From NCBI GenBank assembly GCA_963700285.1, contig CAVOXA010000010.1, positions 1,056,001-1,120,000 on the forward strand: 64,000 nt of DNA, in the 5' to 3' direction. This stretch comes from an uncultured Chloroflexia bacterium. Its GTDB lineage: Bacteria > Chloroflexota > Anaerolineae > JAAYZQ01. How positions within the stretch are numbered: position 1 is the stretch's first letter; every line of letters starts with the position of its first letter. The translations under genes were made by a program, and so were the position numbers. Positions 19,108-28,819 of the stretch are shown one piece after another. The notes beneath the pieces are model-generated. The model ran no database searches. It was not told the origin of the DNA and saw nothing but the letters and a program-made list of their open reading frames with translations.

Positions 19108-20145
19108 TCAACAAGGCATATACTTCTCATTGGGATACATCATCACCTTGATCTCCCGCTTGGCCTCCAGCGACTCAAAGGCATCGCGCCACTCCTCCAT
19201 GGTGATGCTGCGAGTTATGATTGGCTCCAACTGGATCTTGCCCATGGCCATGATCTTCAGTGCCCGCTCCCACGAATGCCAGCCAGCGGCCAGGCGTACT
19301 GCCTGATCGGCGTATTCCATCCCATCCCATCCCCAGCTACCCCGGATCGTCAGATTGTTGTAGGGAACCTTGTCCAGATTTACTGTAAAGTCATAGCCCC
19401 ACAGACCGATGGCCGTGATCCAGCCGCCATTCTTCACCATGCGCGTTGCCTGGGTGATGGCCGCCTCCCCACCGGAGCAATCGAGGACGAGGTCAGCACC
19501 TTCACCACCTGTGAGGCGCAGCACTTCCTGTACAGGATCATCTTCGCTATAGTATACGTAATCAGCGCCCAATTCCTTGGCCTTCTCCAAGCGTACCGTA
19601 TCGTCCCTCAACCCGGTCACCACGACCGTCCGAGGGCTGAACAGTTTGACGATCTGTAACAACGTCAGGCCGATAGGCCCAGGCCCGGTAATGACCACAA
19701 AATCAGCCGGATTGATGCGGCTGCGGTACATGGCTGCGTGGCTCATACAGGTAACCTGCTCGATGAGCGCGCCCTCAGCGAAAGACAGATTGTCTGGCAG
19801 CCTGTGGGCCAATTGCTGAGGCAGTGCAAGGCGCTGGGCGTATGCCCCGTTCACGTGGGTTCCCACCCGGCCCTCCAGGGTCTCCAGATCGCCACATATG
19901 CGAGTGCCGATCTGCCATTGGTCGCTGGCCTGTTCGCCTTTGTCGATCACAACGCCCGAAAACTCGTGTCCCAAGGTGACAGGGCGCCTGTGTTCTTTCT
20001 CATCACGCCAGATGTGCAAGTCACTCCCACAGATGCCAACGGCGCCAACCTCGACCAGCAGGTCTTGGGGAGCGACCTGCGGTTCGGGAACTTGCACCAG
20101 GCCCATGCCACCTTTGCCATCTCCGTATTTCTGTATTGCTTTCAT
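19108..20145 (-). CDS. Zn-dependent medium-chain alcohol/polyol dehydrogenase
   Basis: Motifs GICGSDLH, LGHEFSG and GPGPIG. The four-Cys structural Zn loop is absent. Confidence 0.88.
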   Translation of the reverse strand: MKAIQKYGDGKGGMGLVQVPEPQVAPQDLLVEVGAVGICGSDLHIWRDEKEHRRPVTLGHEFSGVVIDKGEQASDQWQIGTRICGDLETLEGRVGTHVNGAYAQRLALPQQLAHRLPDNLSFAEGALIEQVTCMSHAAMYRSRINPADFVVITGPGPIGLTLLQIVKLFSPRTVVVTGLRDDTVRLEKAKELGADYVYYSEDDPVQEVLRLTGGEGADLVLDCSGGEAAITQATRMVKNGGWITAIGLWGYDFTVNLDKVPYNNLTIRGSWGWDGMEYADQAVRLAAGWHSWERALKIMAMGKIQLEPIITRSITMEEWRDAFESLEAKREIKVMMYPNEKYMPC

Positions 20146-20259
20146 TGCTTTTCCTCACTGCCATAGGGTATCGATTTCGGGGATTCCCGCAGCCCACGCC
20201 CGCAGTTTCTCTCGTGAGCCTGCCCATTGAGCATAGCTGGGCAGCAGGTCCATCCCGCC

Positions 20260-21558
20260 TCACACTCCCTTGGGTACAACCCTAACCAGGGTTTCGCCGC
20301 CGAATGGAATGATGCCGACCTTTGCATCACGTCCCAGGAGTGCATATGCTTCCTCAAGAGCGACCTGGACACTGGGGGCTGAATCGAACTGCAGGTTATT
20401 GATGTCCTCTGGACTGAGATGGTTCGTGACCAAAATGGTCTTGAGCACGCGGTGCCGGACAGTGGCGTGATACATGGGCACATTGAGACCGACCAGATCC
20501 TCTACCTCGCCGCGATCGACGGCTGCCCTCTGGTCCTCAAAAGACCAGGTGAGGTACTTGCGCACCGTCGGCTCGTGGGAAGGTGCGTCGCCGCACAGAC
20601 CCTCGGTGCCGTCCAGCATAAAGATGATAATACCACCTTCGCGCACTGCCCGATGGCAATAGGCGTAGGGTTTGATCCCCTGCCAGTAGTCAAAGTGGCA
20701 AGGATTGGCCGAGACGATCAGAATGTCGGCCTGATCCGGAATCGGGACGACCATCACCTGCTCGGCCAGATCGCAGGCCGCGCGGTGGGCCCTGACAAAG
20801 TGTCCGGTAAACACGCCCAGCATGTTCTTGTCCTCATCCATCACCGTATTGACGATGAAATCCAGGCCGACCCTTTCGGCAATAGCATCCATCTCGGCCC
20901 GGGGTTTGTTATCGCGGGTGCCGATCACTTCCAGCACTGGCTGGACAATGCATGCCATCAAATGCATCATGTCTGTTGTCTTCTGGCTACAGACGCCGGG
21001 CAGGATCATCTTGGAGCCGCCGCCCCACCCAGCCGAGATGTGAGGGATCACATTGCCAACGGCGATTTTGAAATCAGCATCCAGGATCTCGCGGCTGATC
21101 TCGACGGGTGTTCCACTCTCGGTGTGACCAAGATCCACGAAATCCCCATCACGGTAGTCTCGGTTGATGACCCGGTACCGTTCACGGACCTCAGCACCGA
21201 GCTTAATGCACAGTTCTTCCTCGGTCATGGGCCTGTGAGTGCCCATACCCATAAAGAAGGTCACCGCCTCGGCGGGGATGCCAGCTCTGTGGATTCGATC
21301 CAGGATATGAGGCAAGATCTTGGCCGCCGGGGTTGGCCGAGTGATGTCATCCACCATGATCACCACCTGGCCATCTGGCCTGAGAAGGTCCTCCAGTCGC
21401 CCGGCCCCGATGGGGTTCTCCAGTGCGTCCTGGACTACTCGTCTTTGGTCCGGAGGTTTGCCTGACTGGACGTGCACCGCGTGAAAGAGTATGTTTCGGT
21501 CATCAATCTCAATCTGGGTTGTGACCCCAGGCCGAAATGCAAGCTCAATCGCCGCCAT
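20260..21558 (-). CDS. LarA-family nickel-pincer-dependent racemase/epimerase (second paralog)
   Basis: Motifs DDITR, GMGTHR, VIPH..AGWGGGSK, MMH and YWQGIK. Confidence 0.88.
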   Translation of the reverse strand: MAAIELAFRPGVTTQIEIDDRNILFHAVHVQSGKPPDQRRVVQDALENPIGAGRLEDLLRPDGQVVIMVDDITRPTPAAKILPHILDRIHRAGIPAEAVTFFMGMGTHRPMTEEELCIKLGAEVRERYRVINRDYRDGDFVDLGHTESGTPVEISREILDADFKIAVGNVIPHISAGWGGGSKMILPGVCSQKTTDMMHLMACIVQPVLEVIGTRDNKPRAEMDAIAERVGLDFIVNTVMDEDKNMLGVFTGHFVRAHRAACDLAEQVMVVPIPDQADILIVSANPCHFDYWQGIKPYAYCHRAVREGGIIIFMLDGTEGLCGDAPSHEPTVRKYLTWSFEDQRAAVDRGEVEDLVGLNVPMYHATVRHRVLKTILVTNHLSPEDINNLQFDSAPSVQVALEEAYALLGRDAKVGIIPFGGETLVRVVPKGV

Positions 21559-21596
21559 CTTGCCATCCTTCATCAAAGATTCGGGGCAACGAAGAG

Positions 21597-22424
21597 CTAT
21601 GATTGCCCATGTCTGTCTTCATCTGCCTGTGTCGTGACAACTTTTGCAGCCTGGATGAATTCTTGCGAGGTGATGGTCACGCAGTACAGAGCCTCCATCA
21701 TTCGGATCTGGCGTTTGGTTCCCAGAAGCTCCGCCTGCTCTTCGGGAAAGTCATTGGCCAAGGTACAATCCCGCAAGAGGATCACTTTGTAGTCATGCCA
21801 CAGGGCATCGATCACCGTGGTCATCAGACAGGCATCAGCCGAAAAGCCCACGGTGAACAAGTTCTTGATATTGAGATATCGCAGCAACAGATCGAGCCGG
21901 GTTCCCGCAAAACCGCTGTACAGATGTTTGCGGACGAAATACTCGTCCTCACGGGGATACAGAAGCTTTGAGATCTTGACATGATCGGAGTCTCCGTAGT
22001 GATATTCCCTTGGATCGATGTCGTCTTCGGCAAACATGCATTCCATGTCGGTATTCAGTTGGCGCTGGAGAACTTTGCTGAACTCAGAATTCTCCAGGGC
22101 GATTTTGGGAGCACTGTTGTTCACATAGATCACGGTCATGCCAATGTCGCGGGCAGCTTCCAAAGCTGGCAAGAGGGAGGTTTTGACTATCCGGTCCTCG
22201 TGTTCCGCGCTTCCCAGCCACGCCAGTGCGGGACGAGCTTGTGCATGGTGAGTATCCTGACGAAAGGCGGGAACCGGATCATTAGGGTGAAACCCAAGCC
22301 CATACACATCCACGACCAGGAAGGCCGACCGGCCAATATCTGCTTCATAGTCTTCGTACGCATGGCCCAAATACTCATCAGACGGGTAGAGCCGATAGTA
22401 GCGTGTCTTCAGCTTCATAGTCAT
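21597..22424 (-). CDS. Isochorismatase-family cysteine hydrolase
   Basis: AFLVVD, VRKHLYSGF.GTRLDLLLR and GFSADAC supply the Asp-Lys-Cys triad. Confidence 0.85.
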   Translation of the reverse strand: MTMKLKTRYYRLYPSDEYLGHAYEDYEADIGRSAFLVVDVYGLGFHPNDPVPAFRQDTHHAQARPALAWLGSAEHEDRIVKTSLLPALEAARDIGMTVIYVNNSAPKIALENSEFSKVLQRQLNTDMECMFAEDDIDPREYHYGDSDHVKISKLLYPREDEYFVRKHLYSGFAGTRLDLLLRYLNIKNLFTVGFSADACLMTTVIDALWHDYKVILLRDCTLANDFPEEQAELLGTKRQIRMMEALYCVTITSQEFIQAAKVVTTQADEDRHGQS

Positions 22425-22739
22425 GGCTTCCTCATAGTGTCCTGCACACTCACGACCGCGTTGTGTTCGGCGGAATGGTAGGCAGCAAGAGCGATTGCCA
22501 ACGTGAAGTTGTCCTCGCCACTCGTCTCAGGCGCGCGGCACGTCAGCAGACACTCGACAAAGTGGCGCTGGGCAGCGACGTACGAACGTTGGTAGGCCTC
22601 GATCGGCTCACAATCATAGGCTGGCTGAAACCATTGCCCCTTCGCCGTCGTCAGTACGGTTCCAGGCCTGAAGATGATAGGCTGTGACCACCCCTGCGCC
22701 GATCAGGGCGCCTTTGAGCCGCTTCGCTGCCGCTGTCAT
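22421..22739 (-). pseudogene. Gfo/Idh/MocA oxidoreductase remnant with a large internal deletion
   Basis: Manual translation gives the N-terminus MTAAAKRLKGALIGAGVVTAYHLQAW (Rossmann start). It is joined out of frame near 22660 to the C-terminus ...YVAAQRHFVECLLTCRAPETSGEDNFTLAIALAAYHSAEHNAVVSV. The stop overlaps the next ATG (ATGA). Confidence 0.75.
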
Positions 22740-22759
22740 GAACTGGGAGTTCAGCCCTC

Positions 22760-23830
22760 CTAGAGTTCAATGCCCAAGAGATGGAGCGCGATCTGTTTCA
22801 GTTTTCCTCTGGCTCCCACATACAGCCACAGGACTAGCTGGTCCGTGCTGCACGACCGGCCAGTTTCGCCGCCGATCGTTGGCAGATTGCATTCCAGCTC
22901 GCCAAAGCCACCAAAGTCCCCGCTGTCATTGTACACGTGGATCGAGTGGCCCCGGCAACCGGGCGCGTGGTCTGGTTCTTCAGCGTAGGGCATCGACGGG
23001 TTGTTGTAAAAGTTGCGAATTAGTAGATAGCCTTGACCGTCATCGAGGTGATTGTAATAAGCTAGACGCCCAAAGACATGCGCAGCCTTGTAGCCGACCT
23101 TGTACTGCCGGCCGCCGCTGATCCTGAGGCGTACGTGGCCAGGATAGATGGTCTGGTGGATCTCATCCACCGGTTCATAGTAGTCGGTATACTCGACCTT
23201 GGGTGAAGCGGGGATCACCAGCGCCCCCCCGGGGTTGAGCTGGATCAGGCTCCACGCCTCACTCACGATGTCGTCCCGCTTGCGCTCAGACAAGGTCACG
23301 ACCTGTTCGTATCCAGCATACAACACCCCGTCTAACAACTCAGGATAGCCCCTCACGTTCCTCAGTGGATCCTCGACCTGCCGGATCAGGCGCTCCAGGT
23401 GAAGCTCCTTCTGGCCCGAGGCGAGGTTGTAGGCCTGCAGCGTCATGTCCTGGGAAAGGCACCACTGGCCGGGCTCTGGTTGCTGCAAAGAGTAGGTTCC
23501 CGGGTCAACCTGCTCGGGCCAGAACACAGTTCCCCAGAAGTCGCTGCGGTCGGGAACATGGTATTGGATCTCGGGGGCGATCCACATGCGATCGCCGCCT
23601 ATGTTCCAATTGCCCGCACGAAGGAACGCCTGGAACGTATCAGGGGCAGCAAAGGCGTCGTTGGCCCAGAAAATGCTCTCGCCGCTCTTTGAGAGGAACG
23701 GACCAAAGATACGCCCACCGTACTGCGAGATAATGACGGATACGTCGTTCTGCAGGGTAAGGACTTGATAGCGTAACCCATTCTCTTCCAGACGGTCCGC
23801 GATCTGTTTGTAAGTGATCTTGCAACTCAT
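22760..23830 (-). CDS. DUF6786-like protein of unknown function (possible mutarotase-like beta fold)
   Basis: Motifs YGGRIFGP, WNIGGDRMWIAPE and HVYND.G..GGFGELE. Family assignment is from memory. Confidence 0.6.
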   Translation of the reverse strand: MSCKITYKQIADRLEENGLRYQVLTLQNDVSVIISQYGGRIFGPFLSKSGESIFWANDAFAAPDTFQAFLRAGNWNIGGDRMWIAPEIQYHVPDRSDFWGTVFWPEQVDPGTYSLQQPEPGQWCLSQDMTLQAYNLASGQKELHLERLIRQVEDPLRNVRGYPELLDGVLYAGYEQVVTLSERKRDDIVSEAWSLIQLNPGGALVIPASPKVEYTDYYEPVDEIHQTIYPGHVRLRISGGRQYKVGYKAAHVFGRLAYYNHLDDGQGYLLIRNFYNNPSMPYAEEPDHAPGCRGHSIHVYNDSGDFGGFGELECNLPTIGGETGRSCSTDQLVLWLYVGARGKLKQIALHLLGIEL

Positions 23831-23870
23831 CGCTAGCTCTCCTGCCTGATGAAGCTTGCCCGTACCTGAA

Positions 23871-24404
23871 CTAGTCTTCGTCTTCGACCGGAGGGTAGAC
23901 CTTTTCCGGCGGCATCCTGCCCTTGGGTCGCTCGATCAACTCGATGGTGACGCCGATCTTGTCCTCGGTGTCCAGGTAGGCATAGTGTCCATCGCCGTCA
24001 TGGCCAAACCCGGCCCCGTCCTGTGTCATCACGATTCCGGCGGCATCGGCTTCAGCGAGGGCATCTTGCATATCCTCAACAAGCACACCAAAGTGGTGCA
24101 CGCCGTAGCCGTGTTCCTTGACAAAGTCAGCGTAGACCGTGTCGCCTTCAACCGGCTCGATGAGTTCGATGCGCATCGGGCCCAGATAGGAGAGCGCGAC
24201 CCTCATCCTGTACTCGCTGGGCTGTCCGTGGTAGGTCATGCTTTTCACCAACGGCTTGCCGTAGGTATAGAAATGCCAATCACCGATTCCAAACAACTTC
24301 CAATAGCTCTCGACGGTCTTTTCCAGATCTTCCACGAGGATCGCCACTTGGGCTATGCCGTTCTTGAAGAAGGGAAGCACCTGCCCAACACCCCCGTCAG
24401 TCAT
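23871..24404 (-). CDS. VOC/glyoxalase-family protein (methylmalonyl-CoA epimerase-like)
   Basis: Motifs [22 protein letters not shown] and IELIE. Confidence 0.85.
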   Translation of the reverse strand: MTDGGVGQVLPFFKNGIAQVAILVEDLEKTVESYWKLFGIGDWHFYTYGKPLVKSMTYHGQPSEYRMRVALSYLGPMRIELIEPVEGDTVYADFVKEHGYGVHHFGVLVEDMQDALAEADAAGIVMTQDGAGFGHDGDGHYAYLDTEDKIGVTIELIERPKGRMPPEKVYPPVEDED

Positions 24405-25470
24405 AGAGGTACTCCTCATCCGGGAAGAATACGGCCTTCAGAACCTTGCCCTCGAGGGCCATCATGGCTCCCTTTTCGAACTCTGACAGGGGGAACCGGT
24501 GCGTGATCAACTTGTCTCCGGGAACCCGGCCCGAAGCCAGGAACTTGAGGGCGGTGCGCTGGTGCCGGGGCGCAAAGGCGCTGGTGCCAATGATCTGCAG
24601 TGCCTCGTAGTGGACGATATTCATGTCCACACCCGGCTTGGCGTTATCCTTGGGCAAGCCGCCAAAGATGAGGATCCGCCCAGCCTTTCTGGCCATCTCG
24701 ACGGCCTGGACCGAGGCAACGGGCGCTGGCGTGGCGGTAATGACCACGTCTGCGCCTTTGCCGCCGGTCAGCCGGCGCACCTCCTGGACCAAGTCGGTTT
24801 CGGCTGCATTGATGGTGGCATCCGGCCCAAAGGGTTCAGCGAATCGCAGCCGGTCGTCCACGATATCGGCGATAAAGACCTTGTCTGCCCCCCGGGCACG
24901 GGCCAGGCTGATGTGTGTACACCCAACGGGCCCGCTGCCGATGATGACCACGGTATCACCCAGCCCGACGTGGCCACGATCTTGGGCGTTTACACAGGAG
25001 GAAATGGGCTCAGAGATTCCGGCAAGCGCAGGATCGAGTCCCTCTGGCAGGCGGTGGATGGTCCCTAACCGGACACACTCCTCAGGAATGGCAATGTACT
25101 CGGCAAAACCGCCGGGCCATTTCTGCGCGATCTCGACGTAATTCTCGCAAAGCTCGTACCGCCCATCGATGCAGAAATCGCAGACACCACAGTAGGCGTT
25201 GGGGCCGACGGCCAGCCGCTCGCCCACTTTCCACGGCCCTTGATACCTGCTGCCGACTTGGACCACATCGCCGCAGATCTCGTGGCCGATGATCCACGGT
25301 AGGGTCACCTTGCGATGTCCGCTCCGCAGCGTCCTCAGATCAGATCCACACAACCCGCAGGCGATCACCTTCAGGAGAAAACCACCTTCCGGGCAGTTGG
25401 GAACCGGCACATCCTCCACGCCAAACTCCATCGGGGCGCGGACAACAACAGCCTTCATCGTCTCTTTCAT
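24397..25470 (-). CDS. Zn-dependent polyol dehydrogenase (sorbitol/threonine dehydrogenase-like)
   Basis: Motifs CGSD, GHE, structural Zn site CGVCDFC...C and GSGPVG. Confidence 0.9.
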   Translation of the reverse strand: MKETMKAVVVRAPMEFGVEDVPVPNCPEGGFLLKVIACGLCGSDLRTLRSGHRKVTLPWIIGHEICGDVVQVGSRYQGPWKVGERLAVGPNAYCGVCDFCIDGRYELCENYVEIAQKWPGGFAEYIAIPEECVRLGTIHRLPEGLDPALAGISEPISSCVNAQDRGHVGLGDTVVIIGSGPVGCTHISLARARGADKVFIADIVDDRLRFAEPFGPDATINAAETDLVQEVRRLTGGKGADVVITATPAPVASVQAVEMARKAGRILIFGGLPKDNAKPGVDMNIVHYEALQIIGTSAFAPRHQRTALKFLASGRVPGDKLITHRFPLSEFEKGAMMALEGKVLKAVFFPDEEYLYD

Positions 25471-25508
25471 CGTTCATTTCCTCCCAGTCCATTCAGGCCA
25501 AGCTCCAC

Positions 25509-26804
25509 CTATGCCTCCATCGCCAGCTGGGCGTCCTGCACTTTTCGCAGCTCGTACACAAATTTGGCGGGATTGGGTGCAAAATTCTCTTCGGTCAACA
25601 TGTCGCCCTTGGCGATATCCTTGAGGACCCTGCCGCCAGAGGCCAGGCCAAGCGGAATTGCCTTTTGAGCATGTGCATCCTCAAAGATGTAGGTACGGCC
25701 GAATATGTCTGGACTGCCGATCTCCCCAACTACCTCGCCCGGCTTCAGGTCGCGCTTGGCGATGGTCGCCACCTCCGAGACCATTTTCTTGGAAACAATC
25801 GTGCTCTCGCCATAGATGACGGCTTCGGCAATAGAGACCGGGGTCTCTATGGCGCAGAGGTGATAGGGCCGGTACAGCGTGTAGTAGGGCCCGTCCCCCA
25901 TGGAATAGAACTTCATGTCTACGCGGACACGGGGGTCGGGGGAGGTGATGATGGCAAAGACACCGGGCGCCACCTTGCCTGTGGAATAGTCAACACAGCC
26001 ACGCCGGCTGAGGATGCCGCCGTCTTCTTGGGGAACAAAGATCTTGTTCAGTTCTGGCACATCCGCCTTGACGCCATGCATGCCTGGCACGTCGGGCACG
26101 AGACCGGTGGCATTGGACATAGCAGCCAGCTCCACCATCGTCTTGGAGCCGTCCTTGAAAGCGGCCAGCATTTTGGGATTCATCCCCTTGCTTTCTGCCT
26201 CTTCCCGGCAGGAATCGGGGGTAGCGTCAAAGTTGATGACATTGTTCTTGCCCTTGCCCAGGCATACGACCTCAAAACCCATTGTCCCGGCCAGGTTGTA
26301 CAGCATCTTGCATACCCCCGGCTCGTCACCCGAGGCAGCCGTGTAGACACAGCCAGCCTTCTGCGCCAGGCGGTGCAGAAGTGGGCCGACCGTCACGTCG
26401 GTCTCTACGTTCAGCATGATGACGTGTTTGCTGTGCAGAATGCAGTTCCAGGCAACCCGGGCTCCGACTTCGGTCAGGCCCGTTGCCTCGACGACGGCGT
26501 CCAGGCTTTCCAGCTTGGCAAGCATCACCGCGTCCTCGGTGACCACATACTTGCCGGCCCGGAGCGCGTCCTCTGCTGGTCCTACCTCGTTGGTGACGGC
26601 GATCTTGGACTCGGGGATACCCATCGCTGCCAGCGCGGCCAGGGGCCGGCTGACATCGATGTCCGATATGGCCATTGTGTCCATCCCAGCCATTTGGTTC
26701 GTTACGTGGGCCAAGCCCGAGCCCATCTGACCACAACCGACCAGACCAACGCGGATCGGCTCACCCTGTGCTTCCAGTTGCTGCAAATGCTCATAGATCT
26801 CCAT
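25509..26804 (-). CDS. NAD(P)-dependent oxidoreductase with C-terminal SAF domain (homoserine-dehydrogenase-like)
   Basis: Motifs [44 protein letters not shown] and SAF-like AKRDLKPGE. Confidence 0.85.
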   Translation of the reverse strand: MEIYEHLQQLEAQGEPIRVGLVGCGQMGSGLAHVTNQMAGMDTMAISDIDVSRPLAALAAMGIPESKIAVTNEVGPAEDALRAGKYVVTEDAVMLAKLESLDAVVEATGLTEVGARVAWNCILHSKHVIMLNVETDVTVGPLLHRLAQKAGCVYTAASGDEPGVCKMLYNLAGTMGFEVVCLGKGKNNVINFDATPDSCREEAESKGMNPKMLAAFKDGSKTMVELAAMSNATGLVPDVPGMHGVKADVPELNKIFVPQEDGGILSRRGCVDYSTGKVAPGVFAIITSPDPRVRVDMKFYSMGDGPYYTLYRPYHLCAIETPVSIAEAVIYGESTIVSKKMVSEVATIAKRDLKPGEVVGEIGSPDIFGRTYIFEDAHAQKAIPLGLASGGRVLKDIAKGDMLTEENFAPNPAKFVYELRKVQDAQLAMEA

Positions 26805-26848
26805 GCTGTCTCCTCAATGGCCCCAGGGGCCTTTCGTTTTTTTGTGCC

Positions 26849-27733
26849 TCACACCTTCCCGGTACACCCCACCAGATCCATCACGCGTGCGGTATCTGTG
26901 TGGAAAAAGTCGATGGCGCGCGAGATGATCCCATGGTAAACTGCCCCATCTTGATCGGCTTCCTCCAGCCACTTGCGGATGTCCGCAGCAGCCCTCTTGC
27001 CCATGGCCGTATAGTAGCATACCTTGCTGATGCCGCTTTCAACGATCTCCATGTACTGGCTGTCAGCCAGCCCCGAGGCGCCGTGCATAACCAGCGGGAC
27101 ATCGACCCGGGAATAGATGTCTCGCACCAGGTCGAGATCCAGATGGGGCTCGCCTTTGTAGGTACCATGCGCATTCCCGAAGGAGATTGCCAGGGCGTCC
27201 ACTCCCGTTCTCGCCACAAAGTCCGCCGCCAGTTCCGGGTCGGTGTAGATCGCCTGGGGATCGTCACCGGCGAACACCGCAGTCGCAGCGCCTCCGCCTG
27301 ATTCCGTTGCGTCGCCGGCGATGCTGCCGAGTTCGGCTTCGACGCTGACCCCCAGCGCGTGGGCGACCCTCACTACCTCTTCTGTTTGTTTGACATTCTC
27401 CTCATACGGCAAAGTCGAGCCGTCAAACATGACGGAGGATGAGCCCAGGTATATTGCTCTCACGACGGATTCCAGGCTGTCGCCATGATCCAATATCGTG
27501 GCAACCGGCACGCTGGCCCGCTCGGCGACGTTCACCAGCATGGGCATGGCCAGATCCAGCGGGACCTGGGGCGTTACCGCCTGGTTGAAGGCCAGGATCA
27601 GCGGTGCGCGCAGCTCCTCGGCGGCCGTGACCTGGCCGATGGCCATATCCAGGTTGCCCCCCAAGAGGCTTAGGACTCCATACCGTCCGCGCCTTGCCTG
27701 CGTGAGTATCTCTTGAATGCCTACGAGCGGCAT
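26849..27733 (-). CDS. Class II (metal-dependent) ketose-bisphosphate aldolase
   Basis: Motifs LDHG, SSVMFDGS, VEAELG, GNAHG and LVMHGASG. Confidence 0.92.
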   Translation of the reverse strand: MPLVGIQEILTQARRGRYGVLSLLGGNLDMAIGQVTAAEELRAPLILAFNQAVTPQVPLDLAMPMLVNVAERASVPVATILDHGDSLESVVRAIYLGSSSVMFDGSTLPYEENVKQTEEVVRVAHALGVSVEAELGSIAGDATESGGGAATAVFAGDDPQAIYTDPELAADFVARTGVDALAISFGNAHGTYKGEPHLDLDLVRDIYSRVDVPLVMHGASGLADSQYMEIVESGISKVCYYTAMGKRAAADIRKWLEEADQDGAVYHGIISRAIDFFHTDTARVMDLVGCTGKV

Positions 27734-27817
27734 ATTCCATCCCTCCCAGCCAGAGACAGGCTAAGGCTAGCCTCCGGTATCCAGCACCGTGCCGCACCGG
27801 TGCATGGCGCACGCCGG

Positions 27818-28717
27818 TCACACCCGAACAGCATAGCCGTTGGGATATTGCGGGCTGAGTTGATAGTCGACGATGCGTTCGAGGATCTTCAGATAGTCGA
27901 TCCCATCCTTGGCCGCCGTGTCCGCATCGGGCACCATCGGCGCGCTCTCAATGGTGCAATACCCATCGTAACCGATCCTCTTCACTGCTCGGAGCACAGC
28001 TTTAAAGTCGACGGTCCCGTATCCAGGGGTGAGAGAGTTGGAATCGCGAAAGTGCATGTGCCACAGCAGAGGATGGGCATCCATCACTGCCTCGTAGGGA
28101 TTCAGTTCCTCAAAGTTCGCGTGGAACCAGTCTAGTTGGATCCCAATGTTGTCCCGGCCGGTCAAATCGATCATGCGCTTGTGATTGAGCGCCGTGTTGA
28201 CAAACTTGCCCATTTCCAAATGGTTGGTCGCTTCAAAGACCAGCCGGACATTCTTTTCCCTGGCATAGTCGGACATGCGCTGTAGGGCATCCACGGCGAT
28301 GGCCGCACACTCGGCCACGTTGTCGGGGGTGATGTCGTCGTGAATGGCCACAGCCACAGTGACGCAGGGAGCACCCAGCTCCGCGGCGAAATCTATCGTC
28401 GATTTGGTCTCTGAGACGGCCAGATCCGCCGTCTTGGGCTCGGTCAGCGTCTTGTAGGTCGGAGAGAATGGATCCCACTCTTCGCCCCAACACTCGTTGA
28501 CGCACGACACCGCTAGCCCAAATTCCGCCTTGAGTACCTTGTTGGTTTCGAGATAGTCCTCCATCTTGACGCCGAGCCCATAACGACCCTTTGGCGGGGT
28601 GAGTTCGATGGCGTCGTAACCCAACCTCTTCAGGCGGTCGTAGGTCCGTTCCGGATGCAAATAGGTCTCTTCCTGTCCAAATGTGAGCTGCATATAGCTG
28701 AACTTGAGTTGTTTCAT
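27818..28717 (-). CDS. Sugar phosphate isomerase/epimerase (ketose 3-epimerase-like TIM barrel)
   Basis: Motifs GYDAIE, FEATNHLE, LDWFHANFEE, HMHFRDSN..PGYG and CTIE. Confidence 0.85.
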   Translation of the reverse strand: MKQLKFSYMQLTFGQEETYLHPERTYDRLKRLGYDAIELTPPKGRYGLGVKMEDYLETNKVLKAEFGLAVSCVNECWGEEWDPFSPTYKTLTEPKTADLAVSETKSTIDFAAELGAPCVTVAVAIHDDITPDNVAECAAIAVDALQRMSDYAREKNVRLVFEATNHLEMGKFVNTALNHKRMIDLTGRDNIGIQLDWFHANFEELNPYEAVMDAHPLLWHMHFRDSNSLTPGYGTVDFKAVLRAVKRIGYDGYCTIESAPMVPDADTAAKDGIDYLKILERIVDYQLSPQYPNGYAVRV

Positions 28718-28819
28718 AGTAGCCATCCTCCTAGACGCCCTGCGCATTTGTCATACCAGCGACATGTACCTCGTGCGGGCAGTACCTGCTCCGCCCGGTT
28801 TTCAGCTTTCCCCACTCTT

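Noticed and set aside
3679-21558. Loss of a catalytic histidine in the LarA homologs
   Set aside because: Recounting against the recalled LarA sequence places the catalytic His in the GTHR and PH motifs, and both are retained.
26818-26843. Hairpin plus T-run (GGCCCCAGGGGCC...TTTTTTT) as an operon-internal terminator
   Set aside because: The T-run is on the plus strand, opposite to the direction of transcription, and the stem is short.
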